Positions 37,806 to 50,690 of a DNA stretch of 64,000 nt are shown here, one piece after another. The translations under genes and the position numbers were made by a program. This DNA comes from Octopus sinensis (taxonomy: Eukaryota): positions 48,174,001 to 48,238,000 of the forward strand of contig NC_043015.1 in assembly GCF_006345805.1 (NCBI RefSeq), in the 5' to 3' direction. Below the pieces are notes generated by a model. It worked only from the letters and a program-made list of their open reading frames with translations. It did no database searches and was not told the origin of the DNA. Numbering within the stretch: the first letter of the stretch is position 1; every line of letters begins with the position of its first letter.

Positions 37806-39355
37806 GTAATTGATATTTTTAGTTTATTTCAATCATGCATGGCTGTGTGATTGGAAAGCTCATTTTGCAGTCATGTGGTCTCAGGTTCAATTCCACTGTG
37901 CAACACCTTGGCCAGGTGTGTCTTCTACTATTGGCCTGGGTTGACCATTGCCTTGTGAGCGGATTTGGTGGGCAGGAAATGTGTTGAAGCACATCATGTG
38001 TTTGTGTGTGTGTGTATTTGCGTTTGTTATTTCTTTTCTGCTCACAAGGGGCTACACACTGAGGGGACAAACAAGGGCAGACAAACAGACTAAGTCGATT
38101 ATATTGACCCCAGTGCGTAACTGGTACTTATTTAATTGACCCCCGAAAGGATGAAAGGCGAAGTTGACTCGGCGGAATTTGAACTCAGAACGTAGCGGTA
38201 GAAGAAATACCCATTTCTTTACTACCCACAAGGGGCTAAACACTGAGGGGACAAACAAGGACAGACAAACAGATTAAGTCGATTATATTGACCCCAGTGC
38301 GTAACTGGTACTTATTTAATCGACCCCGAAAGGATGAAAGGCAAAGTCGACCTCGGCAGAATTTGAACTCAGAACGTAGTGGCAGACGAAATACCGCTAA
38401 GCATTTCACCCGGCATGCTAACGTTTCTGCCAACTCGCCTGTATGTATTTGCGTTTGTGTTTTGTCCCCTCCCCGACCATTGCTTGACAACTGGTGTCGG
38501 TTTGTTTACTTCTGTTACTTCCCTTGTAACTTAGCAGTTTGGCAAAAAAGACTGATAGAATAAGTACTGAGGTCAATTCATTCGACTATAAGTTCTAGGC
38601 GGTGCCCCAACAAGTATACGGGAAAAGATGCAAGGGACAAAAGAAACAACCTAGTAATATTATTTTTGAGGTTCACCACTGAAGATGGGCACATGGCTGT
38701 GTGGTAAGTAGCTTGCATACCATCCACATGGTTCCAGGTTCAGTCCCTCTGCCCACTATGTGGCACCTTGGGAGAGTGTCTTCTAGAGTCTCAGGCCAAC
38801 CAAAGCCTTGTGAGTGGATTTGGTAGACAGAAACTGAAAGAAGCCCATTGTATATATTTCTGTGTCTGTGTTTGTCCTCCCTCCATCACTTGAGAGCTGA
38901 TGCTGGTGTGTCTATGTCCCCGTTACTTAGCAGTTCGGCAAAAGAGACAGATAGAATAAATACTAGGCTTGCAAAGAATAAGTTCTGGGGTCGATTTCTT
39001 TGACTAAAAGGCGCTGCTCCAGAATGGTTGCAGTCAAATGGCTGAAACATGTAAAAGAATAAATAGTCCCAAACCGTTGAGGCTGATGATCCTGTCGTCT
39101 GCTAGAAGGTGGTAGGGGTTTGCTCCCCTGCTTCTGATACAGGAGTGGTCATAAGTCACTTTATCCATTTACAGTCATCTACCTAATTCACTCTCAAGGC
39201 ATTGTGTAACTTGAGGCCAAAGTAGAAGACACCTGCTCAATCTGCCATACAGTGGGACTGAACTCAAGACCACTTGATTGCCAAGCTAGCTTCTTAACAA
39301 CAAAGCCATGCCTGGGCCTATAAATGTTTCAAATAAATATTTTATATATATTTGA

Positions 39356-39720
39356 CTAGCAATATGACCCAGCAACGCCGGGTCATAGTGCTAGTGCACA
39401 CATATACAGCTGCGTGCGTGCGCACATACACGCAAGTACTGTCCAAATCTCCAATCAATCTCATACAGCTAGCTGGCATTCAATTGGCGTATCAAGTTTC
39501 AGGCATTTTGATTGGGTTTTGGATAGAAAATTCCCCCAAAAGTCACTTCTATTGATTTTTTTAATGGCTTTGCGGGGTGACTGGGGAAATGTAAAGATAT
39601 GCACGACCACCCTTGGACGGTTTTGAATGACCATAGAAAGTGTGAGCCCTCTAACTGAAAAATTGTGGATTTGTATAAAGGACACACACACAGACATTTT
39701 GCCATTTATATATATAGAGA
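39356..39720 (-). mobile_element. Non-autonomous Helitron, second family
   Basis: A|TCTCTATATATATAAATGG start; hairpin ATGACCCGGCGTTGCTGGGTCAT; CTAG|T end. Confidence 0.8.
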
Positions 39721-39822
39721 TTCCCGTTGTTGATGTTAATGTGCTTGTGAATGTGATTGCTATCACTTTGATGACATAGATTTAAAAAATTAATTTTAAT
39801 TACAAAATAATTTCTGTCATAG

Positions 39823-39897
39823 GATTATATCATAAGTCATGATCAACAATATGTTTTGGAACTGGATGCTAACCAACCGGCACAGACTTTAATCCAG
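39823..39897 (+). CDS. AK9: AK9 exon 8 (DYIISHDQQYVLELDANQPAQTLIQ)
   Basis: CATAG/GTGAGT boundaries; resembles AK9 H.PQYLIELNGN.PA. Confidence 0.9.
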
Positions 39898-40022
39898 GTG
39901 AGTAAAAAAATACCTACATAAAAAATACCTTGAAAGCCTTGTAATACTTTAGTAATTACCTCCCCACTGGTAAGTATTTTCTGAAACATCTTCAACTAAT
40001 TCTTGAGGTAGCAGACTCTTAA

Positions 40023-40241
40023 CCCTTTAGTGTTCGCATTATTCTACCAAAATTAATGCTTTTTCATCCACTTTGTTTTGAACTAATCATGCATTATTTT
40101 GTGACTATGAGAATTTGATGAGGTAGCTGTTAATTTTTAAAACGATATTGTAGGGTTGGTGTGAGACTAGATCTGGCCAGTTTGAACATGAAAGAGGTAG
40201 AATACTTTTGGCCGGATATTGCCGGTTTTAATGCTAAAGGG
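40023..40241. mobile_element. piggyBac-type MITE, second family
   Basis: TTAA|CCCTTTAGTGTT ... AATGCTAAAGGG|TTAA. Confidence 0.78.
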
Positions 40242-42016
40242 TTAAATATTGGAATGGGGATTTCATTTGAGTTTAGTATAGATTGGATCGCAGTGTTGAA
40301 ATTTGGGTACTCATTACAATGTTTATTTTTCTTAGTGAAACCTGAACAAGATCAGGACCTGATAGAACAAAACTGAGTAAAGATTCATGCTCAGCACTCC
40401 CAAATCCCCTAGAACTAACTGTCAAATATAATTCAATAGACAAACATTTAAGTTTGTTTCCCAGTGTTATTCATTATTAGGCGCAGGAGTGGCTGTGTGG
40501 TAAGTAGCTTGCTTACCAACCACATGGTTCTGGGTTCAGTCCCACTGCATGGCACCTTGGGCAAATGTCTTCTACTATAGCCTTGGGCCGACCAAGGCCT
40601 TGTGAGTGGATTTGGTAGATCAAAACTGAGAGAAGCCTGTCGTATATATATTGTTGTTTTGTTGTTGTTTGTTCCTTCTCGAGCCAAGCCTGGTTCATAA
40701 GGACTGGTTTCCCAGTTTCCTTGGTGTATGGGTTCCCCACCTGGACGGGACGCCGGTCCGTCGCAGGTGAGCTGCAAGATGCAGGAGGAAAGAGTGAGAG
40801 AAAGTTGTGGCGAAAGAGTCAGAAGAAGTTCCCCATTACCTTCTGCCGGAGCTGCGTGGAGCTTTGGTGTTTCGCTCATAAACACACACATCGCCTTGTC
40901 TGAGATTCAAACCTGCGATCTCTCGACCGCGAGTCCGCTGCTCTAACCACTAGGCCATATGCCTCCACATATATGAATATATGTGTGTGTATGTGTTTGT
41001 CCCCCCAACATTGCTTGACAACCAATGCTGGTGTGTTTACGTCTCTGTATCTTAGCGGTTCGGCAAAAGAGACCAATAGAATAAGTACTAGGTTTACAAA
41101 AAAGAATGAGTCCTGGGGTCGATTTGCTTGACTAAAGGCGGTGCTCCAGCATGGCCGCAGTCAAGTGACAGAAACAAGTAAAAGAGTAAGCATTCATTTT
41201 ATTTTTGCTTTTAATCAATTATACCACAGATCACTTAAGCATGAAAGATAACTGAGCATAGGAGGGGAAAAATGGTTTTCTTGGTTTCAATATAACAAAT
41301 AATGAAGACTAAGATCTTACATTATATAAAGAACTTCTTAACAATGCATAAATTATTTCAGGTACCAAGGCTCATCCTCATCAGTGAACAGTTTAGAGAA
41401 ATATTGGTTTATGTATATCCAGCTTCATTGCCTGTACAACTCCAAGCATGACTGGATGTACATAAACTTATATTTCTTTAAACTGTTCGTTTCTAATGAT
41501 GGACCTCTGTGCTTGAAATACATAAAGGTTGCTTATGTCTGTGTTTTTGCATTGTTAGAAACTCGCTGTTTTCATTGTTTGTTATTTCATTTCTGTATTA
41601 AAATGCTTCAAGCAAACTACAGTGCTCAGTTTTACGTTATGTTCTGAGTACAAATTCCGCCGAGGTTGACTTTGCCTTTCATCCTTTCGGGGTCGATAAA
41701 TAAAGCACCAGTTTCGCACTGGGGTCGATGTAATCGACTTAATCCCTTTGTCTGTCCTTGTTTGTCCCCTCTATGTTTAGCCCCTTGTGGGTAGTAAAGA
41801 AATATTTGTGTTGAATACATTTATGATGAAGTGTGAAGGGCAGCTGTTGACTCCAAGCTAAGATTGAACCAGAATTGTTTCTATGAAAATTAGACAACAG
41901 TCTTGTAGATTCTTGCACTTTGGAGAATAATAAAACAAGAAATGTGGTAAAGAACATTCTAGCCACTATCTTGATGTTTATCATCATCAATATCATTTAA
42001 TGTTCTGTTTTCCATG

Positions 42017-42310
42017 CTGACATAGGTTGGACAGTTTGACATGAACTGACATAGGTTGGACAGTTTGACATGAACTGACATAGGTTGGACAGTTTGACAT
42101 GAACTGACATAGGTTGAACAGTTTGACATGAACTGACATAGGTTGGACGGTTTGACATGAACTGACATAGGTTGGACGGTTTGACATGAACTGACATAGG
42201 TTGGACAGTTTGACATGAACTGACATAGGTTGGACGGTTTGACATGAACTGACATAGGTTGGACAGTTTGACATAAACTGACATAGGTTGGATGGTTTGA
42301 CATGAACTGA
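42017..42310. repeat. 29-bp minisatellite, ~10 copies
   Basis: Unit CTGACATAGGTTGGACAGTTTGACATGAA. Confidence 0.93.
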
Positions 42311-42777
42311 CGAACCATAAGGCTCTGCTGATTTCCAGAATCTGATTTGGCATGGTTTCTACAGCTCAAAGCCCTTCCTAATGCCATCCACTTCACAGAG
42401 TGTATGACTGAAGCTCAGTAGCCATAAAAGTTAGGATACTACTAATGGCTAGAGACAACAAATTCGTGTCTGAGCATGTGGCTGGCAATGAGTATGCACT
42501 ACTGGAAAGACCCCAAAACATTGAAATACATCTGTACTCTTCACTGGTTGCTGCTGCGTTGAATTGCCATTTCTCTCTCTCTATGATATGTGTTGTGTTT
42601 TTAACTCTGTAAGTCCATAAGAAATGCTATCTGAGGGCATATATATCACAGTAACTGGCCTATTGACAGTGTTTGTGTGTGTGTGTGTGTACATTAAATA
42701 TGATACATAGATGGCTAGTGACAGCTTGTTGTTCTGTTTTCTGTTTTGTAAAACTGCAATTTCTTGATATCTTCCAG

Positions 42778-43010
42778 GATTGTTTAATGAAGTTTGAATG
42801 CTGTGCTTTGAGCTCTGCTGCAGTTGTACAGGCACTAAACAAGGAGGAAGAAGTAGATGATATAGATTCAGAAGCTATTTTCAAGACATTTGGATCAAAG
42901 GAAGTTTTGGCTGGACAGTACACTTGGAAAAGAAGTCGATGGTCAAGATTTTGTCCTGTATCACTTTATGAGGGCAACATTATTAAAGGAAAAACTGAAT
43001 ATGCTGTTGG
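42778..43010 (+). CDS. AK9: AK9 exon 9 (DCLMKFECC...WKRSRWSRFCPVSLYEGNIIKGKTEYAVG)
   Basis: TTCCAG/GTAAGT boundaries; AK9-typical W.RS.W.R.CPV.L..G motif. Confidence 0.93.
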
Positions 43011-43084
43011 GTAAGTTTATTTTCACACATAATACAGAGATGAACAGACAGAATTATTAGCAATGGGCAAAATGGTTAGTTAGT

Positions 43085-43088
43085 TAGT

Positions 43089-43124
<36 letters not shown>

Positions 43125-43700
43125 TGCCCTGATGCAGTACCAGGCAGTGGCTCTCATGACTTCTGATCTTAACTGATTTGAAGCGTTATCATGTACATTG
43201 TTTTGTCTTGGTATTAAAGATAGGCTACAGCAAATATTCTGCTCAATACCACAGATTTGCTTGTCAGTTGTTTGACCTTAACCAGTTGAGCATGTCTCTT
43301 AGTAGCTGACAACATGTTCATCTCTGATTACGACCTGAAGTAGTGGGGGAGCATCATAGCCATGTGTTGAGAGGAATTCTTTGGGGTTTGAATAAATCAC
43401 CTCTTGAAACATGGGTGTTTTGTTCAACATCTTTAAACAACCCTTAATCAGGGACCTTTTGAGCAGGATGGGCTACTTGAGCAGAATAAAATTCTAACTG
43501 GGCCCCACCTGCAAGGTCATGTGCTGTTTATCTTGATAAGAGATCACCATGTCGTGTGCATATGGTTGTGATACATGTGCCTAGTGTACCTTTATCAAAC
43601 AGGTAGTAATGATGTGTATACTGGGCTTCGTATATTTTACCCCAGTCTGACTTTGATGGCATGCACTGCTCTCTCACTCAATAATAATAATAATAATAAT
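43085..43700. mobile_element. Dispersed repeat family E (probable LINE 3' UTR or SINE) bounded by (TAA)n at both ends
   Basis: GCCCTGATGCAGTACCAGGCAGTGG... shared with 3845-4125; the distal part is shared with 53715-53800 and, reversed, with 55030-55320. Confidence 0.7.
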
Positions 43701-44539
43701 AATATTTTTGAGGTTCACCACTGAAGATGGGCACATGGCTGTGTGTTAAGTAGCTTGCATACCATCCACATGGTTCCAGGTTCAGTCCCTGTATCCACTG
43801 TGTGGCACATTGGGCGAGTATCTTCTACTAGAGTCTCAGGCCAACCAAAACCTTGTGAGTGGATTTGGTAGACAGAAACTGAAAGAAGCCCATTGTATAT
43901 ATATATATATGAGACTGATAGAATAAATACTAGGCTTACAAAGAATAAGTTCTGAGGTCGATTTCTTTGACTAAAAGGCGCTGTTATAGGTACAAGGCCT
44001 GAAATTTGGATGGGTGGGTGGGTGGGTGGTAGTCAATTACATTGACCTCAATACTCAGCTGGTACTTATTTTATCAACCCTGAAAGGATAAAAGCCAAAG
44101 TCGACCTTGGCAGAATTTGTACCCCGAACATAAAGACAAGCAAAATACCGTTAAGCATTACACCCGGCATGCTAAAGATCCAGACAACCTGCCGCTTCAA
44201 ATAACGCCGCCACCGACACCAATGCCAACGCCAACGCCGACGACAACGACGCCAACGCCACCGCCAACGCCGACAACTGAATTCTATAAACTATCTAAAG
44301 CACTTGAACCACTGCTTCCTATTACACACACACATACGCACAGAATAAACTCTGACATCTGTTGGTATGGATTTGTCTGTTCACAAAAATTGCCTTACAA
44401 TATTTTTCTTCTCCCACCTCACTTTTTTCTGTCAAGATATTTCTTTTTAGACCAAAACTAACTCATCTCAATTTTACTTTCCTCATATCATACAGGAATA
44501 ATTTTAATGAAAGAAAATTTGATTAAATGTTATACATTT

Positions 44540-44707
44540 ATAGGCGCAGGAGTGGCTGTGTGGTAAGTAGCTTGTTTACCAACCACATAGTTCCGGGTTC
44601 AGTCCCACTGCGTGGCACCTTGGGCAAGTGTCTTCTACTATAGCCTCGGGCCGACCAAAACCTTGTGAGTGGATTTGGTAGACGGAAACTGAAAGAAGCT
44701 CGTCGTA

Positions 44708-44756
<49 letters not shown>

Positions 44757-44960
44757 CTGTGTTTGTCCCCCTAGCATTGCTTGACAACCGATGCTGGTGT
44801 GTTTATGTCCCCGTTACTTAGCGGTTCGGCAAAAGAGACCGATAGAATAAATACTGGGCTTACAAAAGAATAAGTCCCGGGTTCGAGTTGCTCGATTAAA
44901 GGCGGTGCTCCAGCATGGCCGCAGTCAAATGACTGAAACAAGTAAAAGAGTAAAAGAGTA
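44540..44960 (+). mobile_element. SINE-A (my label), representative full copy: tRNA-like head, central (TA)n(TG)n, GAGTAAAA tail
   Basis: GCAGGAGTGGCTGTGTGGTAAG...GGTTCAGTCCC (A/B-box-like). Other copies or halves at ~478-900, 2905-3400(-), 8398-8560, 14860-15372(-), 20695-21090, 21375-21785, 23698-24100, 27765-27985(-), 28960-29130(-), 32975-33430, 35525-36250, 37830-38630, 38690-39065, 40480-41170, 43735-43985, 51280-51390(-), 53455-53650(-), 54080-54495, 56810-57060, 58645-59640, 60990-61390(-), 62140-62350, 63615-63912. Confidence 0.9.
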
Positions 44961-45052
44961 TTTGTATTATTTATATATAATTCTAAAAAGGCTAACGAGG
45001 TTGGCATGCTATAAGAAATAATTAACAAATTTTGAAAATCTTTGAATTTTAG

Positions 45053-45233
45053 GTTTCTTGATAAACTTTATTTTTTATCAAGTCTTCAAGCGATGGAGTT
45101 ATTTACTAAAAATCCTCGACCCTATTTATTACATCCTCAACCAAGGCCACCCTGTAAGCTTGTTGTTTTGGGATTGCCCAAATCAGGAAAGACAAACCTC
45201 TGTTACTTACTGGCAAAAAAATATAATGCAACG
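45053..45233 (+). CDS. AK9: AK9 exon 10, second P-loop (FLDKLYFLSS...NPRPYLLHPQPRPPCKLVVLGLPKSGKT...)
   Basis: TTTAG/GTAAGA boundaries; NPRPYL motif and Walker A GLPKSGKT. Confidence 0.94.
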
Positions 45234-47428
45234 GTAAGAGTCGTTATTTTATTTAAGAACAGTGTCTAAATCATGTATGTTATTTTATCATCATCATCAT
45301 CATTTAATTGTTGCTTTCCATGCTGGCATTGATTAGACCACAGGTCGCATGCAGCCCGCAGACTTTAATCTTGCGGCCTGCTTCATACTTTTTTGAAATG
45401 GGTTTGTGCCAGTATGCAGGTGACATGTAAAAAAAAATAAAATACATGATTTTTCCGTGACCGTTGCCAGTACTGCTTGCCTGGCCCTCATGTCGGTGGC
45501 ACGTAAAAGCACCCACTACACTCTTGGAGTGGTTGGCGTTAGGAAGGGCATCAAGCTGTAGAATCTCTACCAAATCAAGATTGGAGCCTGGTGCAGCCAT
45601 CTGGTTTGCCAGTCCTCAGTCAAATTGACCAACCCATGCTAACATGGAAAGTGGATGTTAAATGATGATGATGATGAAACATTTAAAAAATTTTATCAAA
45701 AATTAAAGATTATAATGAAAAGTGAAAAAGGAAGATACTACTGTCTTTGCAACAATAATATTTGATGATGAATCAACAATCATTCATTTATTATTATAAT
45801 AACAACATGAGAAAGCAAAATGCTTTCAATTCTGTCAGTATACAAGTGACCCTCAAAAAACTTTCTGTGATTAAAGTGGCCTGCAATGTAATTTGAGTTG
45901 GCCAGGCCTGCGTTAGACAGTTTAACTGGAACTGGTAAGCTGGAGAGCTGCATCATGTTCCAGTCTGATTTAGCATGATTTCTACGGCTGGATGCCCTTC
46001 CTAATGTCAACCATTCCAAGAGCATGGGTGCCTTTTACATGAAACCGGCAAAGGCCACAACTATGATTTCATGGGTGCTATTTACATGACACTGGTAATG
46101 GCCACGACTACAGTTTCAGTTGGTTTGATGAGTCTTGAGCAGAGCATATCCCCAAGTTCTCAGTCACTTGTCATCACCTCTGTGAGGCCCAACATTTGAA
46201 GATCATACTTCACCACTTTGTCCCTTGACTCCGTGGTGCCCAACATTCAGAGATCATGCTACCCGGCAATGGCCATAATTATGATTTCATGGGTGTCATT
46301 TACATGACACCAGCAATGGCTCTATGTAAGACCCCCTAGTATCCACAGCATTTAGGGAGACTAATAAACAGAAGAGATATCAGACAGGGTCTTGAATTAG
46401 GATTTTCAAAATACTTAGTTTCCAAATTACCCCCTGTGTCAAGGAAACATGGGCCTGAAAATCTGAAGATATGTGCAGGCTAAAAGTGTTGTAGAAATGT
46501 AGTGTTTATGGTTAAAACTAGGGATGTCAAGCATAGAAAATTTCATCACATGATATACACTATTATATCATGTGACATATCCCATTACTGAGGTAATTCA
46601 GAAGAAAAAGACTGAAATAGTTTGGCTATGTAAGAAGAAGGCTACTCAATAATTATGTAGTTTATTTTTATCTCTCCCGGGTGGGAGATGGGTTGAATCC
46701 TGGAAGTACTGCTATACCAGGCCAACCCGTGGCAAAGGTGGAGGAAGCCCCTAACTCTATGGCACTTTGTCAGGATTTCACCAAGTTTAAAACTACATGG
46801 TCGATCACCAAAGAGACAAACTTCTAAGATTTGTGAAGCCACAAGGTTATCATTTGCAACACTAGAGGGTAAAGTATCCAGTTAACCCTTTTGTTACTGT
46901 ATTTATTTTGAGATGCTTTGAATTTGTGTATATATGTGTGTGTGTGTGTATTCTACACACACATATATACAAAAGGTGGTAGTATTGAGGGTGGTGGCTT
47001 TGTGCCAGATGATGAACAGTTAGCGCCTGCTAGATGGACAGAAACAGGTGACTTGCTATAGAGGAGAAAAGAGAAAAGGGGAGCGGAGAGAGAAAGGAAA
47101 AAAAAAAAGAAAGTGAAGATGTGTTGGAGGGTAGGAGGAGGTGTCCTCAAGTTAGGAGAAGGTAAGTGAATGGTATAGAGGATTGGACAGGGCAAGTGGG
47201 CAGGCAAGTTTGCAAGAGTGTGGGAAAAGAATGGGAGATAGCAGGGAAGGAAATGCAGTGAACCATGAACATGAGTTGAAGGGAGTGGGAAGAGAAGATG
47301 AGTAGAAGAGAGAGGAGATCTGTCAGGAACAGATTGTGTGCTGGGATATAGCCATAAATGACATCTCTTTAGTGCCTTGTTTTTTTCTTTTGTTTAGATA
47401 AACATGTCTTCTCAAGCATAGCAAATCC

Positions 47429-47599
47429 CTAAACATCTTGATCAATAATCATCTTCATTGCAGGGGTCAACACCTGAAGGTCATTTTTCACCACTTCATT
47501 CCACTTCTTCCTGGGTCTCCCTCTTCCACAGGTTCCTTCCTCAATTAACAATTGGCACTTCTTTATGCAGCTGTCCTTGTCCATAATAATGTTCGTCCT
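47429..47599 (-). mobile_element. RTE ORF fragment of the same family as 24700-25735
   Basis: DSCIKKC..L..EGTCGRGRPRK.W.EVVK.DL. Confidence 0.75.
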
Positions 47600-47825
47600 T
47601 CGGTTCGAAGATGACCAACTGACATCATCTGATGGAACTGCCGCCATGAGACCGGAGGTGGCTGGTGAGGCCAATCCGGGCAAGGAAGCCCCTCCCACAG
47701 GTGGGGCAGAAGTGGGTAGGGGCAGTGCTACTGGTGCAGGCGGCTCTGACTTTACGCATCTGACGTTTCTGCTCCGCTGACCGAATCCGTCCCTCCTCGT
47801 CCATACACATCGCATGACCATACCA
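47600..47825 (-). mobile_element. 3' end of a different RTE (BovB-like) LINE with terminal C2H2 finger
   Basis: AEQKRQMRK...CPTCGRGFLARIGLTSHLRSH, followed by a short 3' UTR. Confidence 0.8.
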
Positions 47826-47879
47826 CTATAGTCTTCTCTCTTGTTTCTTGTATATATAAATGTATATTTATATGAGGAG

Positions 47880-48190
47880 CACTCTGTCAGTTACGACAAC
47901 AAGGGTCCCAGCTGATACGATCAACAGAACAACCTGCTCGTGAAATTAATGTGCAAGTGATTGACCAATCCACAGACACACGTACCCCTAATGTAGTTCT
48001 CAGGGAGATTCAGCGTGACACAAAGTGTGACAAGGCTGTCCCCTTTGAAATACAAGTACAACTCATTTTTGCAAGCTGAGTGGACTGGAGCAACATGAAA
48101 TAAAGTGTCTTGCTCAAGGACACAATGCGTCGCTAGGAATTGAACTCTTGACCTTACAATCATGAGCCGAATGCCCTAACCACTAAGCCA
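47880..48190 (-). mobile_element. SINE-D head joined to tail type 1
   Basis: GCTTAGTGGTTAGGGCATTCGGCTCATGATTGTAAGG head. Related heads at ~5497-5740, 27470-27670, 31525-31700, 54745-54900, 61420-61590. Confidence 0.75.
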
Positions 48191-48864
48191 CACATATATA
48201 TATATGCTTGTTGTTCATACACCTGTCTTTGTCTTTGTTTTTCTAAAAAATTTCAACTATACATGCATACATACATACATATTATATATATATATATATA
48301 TATATATACATACATAAATAAAGATATTATTATTTATAATTAAGGATACAAGATAGTACCAGCTTTGCTAGAAATCAGAGTTGAAAAATACTCAAATAAG
48401 CCACTATATCACTGAAAATTTAACAAGCTGATAGAATCGACGAGCGAGTAAAGAGTCAACCTACCATTGCAGGGGAAAGACGTAAATGAATTTGCAGATA
48501 TACCCTTATCACATGATTTCAAACTCTGAGATATTACTCTTTGTTCTCTTCAACGGGTCTTGCTGCCTGGGGTTGAACTGATACCCACTTTGTCATGCTT
48601 GTTAAAATCGTTGAAAGACTATCTTTAATTATATCTGACTAGCAAGGTGAAGCGGCTGACCTCCCCTGTTCGAAGGTTGTAATGGACGCGGGTTCGTGTG
48701 TCATATAGCTAGCTAGAGGCGGTGGCCTCTTGGAACTAATCAGCGACAGCTTTAGTCTTATATTTAGACTGCCATATTAGTATGGTGATAACTATTAATA
48801 TCCAGTAACGCTGCCGTAATCTCCTTTAGAGAGACTTAGTAATTTTAATATTTCTATTATATAT

Positions 48865-49458
48865 ATATATAGCCCCCCTGCCCATTCAAAGTACCCTGGA
48901 TCCTGGAATGTCTCGCTGTGCTTGAGGAGACCTGTTGAGTCAAGTACATGAACATGAACATCGAAATAAATATCAATGGAAATAGTAGTTGTGATACCTG
49001 TGCCGGTGGCACATAAAAAGCACCATCCGTACGTGGCCGTTGCCAGCGCCGCCTCGACTGGCTTCTGTGCCGGTGGAACATAAAAAGTGCCATCCGAACG
49101 TGGCCGATGCCAGCGCCGCCCCAACTGGCTTCTGTGCCGGTGGCACATAAAAAGCACCATCTGAACGTGGACGTTGCCAGCGCCGCCCTGGCTGGCTTCC
49201 GTGCCGGTGGCACATTAAAAGCTCCAACCGATCGTGGCCGATGCCGGATCCCCCCGGCACCTGTGCAGGTGGCACGTAAAAAGCACCCACTACACTCGCG
49301 GAGTGGTTGGCGTTAGGAAGGGCATCCAGCTGTAGAAACTCTGCCAGATCAGACTGGAGCCTGGTGCAGCCCCTGGCTTCCCAGACCCCGGTCGAACCGT
49401 CCAACCCGTGCTAGCGCGGAAAACGGACGTTAAACGATGATGATGATGATGATGATGA
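48865..49458 (+). mobile_element. RTE 3'-UTR-derived element with ~5 internal ~60-bp repeats and a (GAT)n tail
   Basis: Matches 25250-25735. Shorter relatives at ~15385-15620(-), 29690-30075(-), 30482-30690(-), 35705-36000(-), 36975-37230(-), 41985-42405(-), 45290-45680, 45900-46320(-), 57340-57630. Confidence 0.85.
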
Positions 49459-49745
49459 TATATATATGCTAATATCCAACAGTGAGAGTGAGTGCACGGG
49501 ACCATATTGGTGAATAAATATTCTTTATTTGTAAGTTATCAAGGCTACCAACGGTTTCATTGGAATGAGGCACCAATACTTTTATGTGGCAACTGAACAA
49601 TTGTAAAGACCTTTTTTGCATGAAACCATCAGTAGCCTTGAAAACCCTCAAATAAAGTATATATATATATATATATATTTATAAATTAGAATCTACAGTT
49701 GTTATTTCTATTAACAATAGTTTCTATATTAAAACATATTTGAAG

Positions 49746-49893
49746 GTAATCGATATGGAACCTATATATGAAGAATTAATGAAATTTCGAGTAATTGAAA
49801 AACACCAGGAATGGCTGGAAGAAGCTACCACAAGAGCCATTGCTGCTGTGAAAAAGAATGTGGAACAGGCATTTCTAGAGAGATTGGCAGAAG
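49746..49893 (+). CDS. AK9: AK9 exon 11 (VIDMEPIYEELMK...EEATTRAIAAVKKNVEQAFLERLAE)
   Basis: GAAG/GTATGT boundaries; resembles AK9 EAT..AI..VK; phase consistent. Confidence 0.85.
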
Positions 49894-50042
49894 GTATGTA
49901 AAAGGTTTATTAGTTCTTCTAATCAGAATCATTGCTGTTGTCACCATTATCATGGCTATCACTACTGTTGCTTCTAAAGTTTCCAATCAAGTCTAATTAG
50001 CTGAGTCTAACAAGGAAAATAAATAAGTATAGGATTGAATCA

Positions 50043-50690
50043 GTCTTCATCGTCATCGTCATCATCATCATCATCATCATCATCGCCATCATCATTATCA
50101 TCGCCATCATCATCACTGTCTTCGTCACCACCATCACCACCACAACCACCATCTTTGTTGTCATCACCATCATCTTCATCATCACCATCACCATTATCAT
50201 CATCATTGTTGTCATCAATGTCATCACCCTCGTCGTTGTCACAGCCACTGTCATCTTCATCATTATCATCATCATCATCATCACCATCTTCATCACCACC
50301 ATCACCACCACCATCTTTGTTGGCATCATCATCAGCATCATCACCATCTTCGTCACCACCACCACCACCAAGACCATCTTTGTTGTCCTCATCACCATCA
50401 TTATCATCATCATCATCACCATCTTCATCACGACCACCACCACCACCACCATCACCACCACCACCATCTTTGTTGGTATCATCATGATCATCATCACCAT
50501 TATCATCATCATTGTTGTCATCAATGTCATCACCCTCGTCATTGTCACTGCCACTGTCATCTTCATCCTTATCATCATCATCACCATCACCATCATTTAT
50601 TATCATCATCATCATCATTATCATTGTTATTATCATCGTTGTCGTCCTTGTCGTTGTCGTTATCATTGTCATCACCATTGTTTTAATGTC
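50043..50690. repeat. (CAT/CAC/CGT)n cryptic array with an internal ~100-bp higher-order duplication
   Basis: ATTGTTGTCATCAATGTCATCACCCTCGTC.TTGTCAC.GCCACTGTCATCTTCATC occurs at ~50205 and ~50510. Confidence 0.9.

Noticed and set aside
42017-42310. CRISPR-like regular repeats (also 29831-30063)
   Set aside because: Units are contiguous with no unique spacers, there are no cas genes, and the context is a eukaryotic intron.
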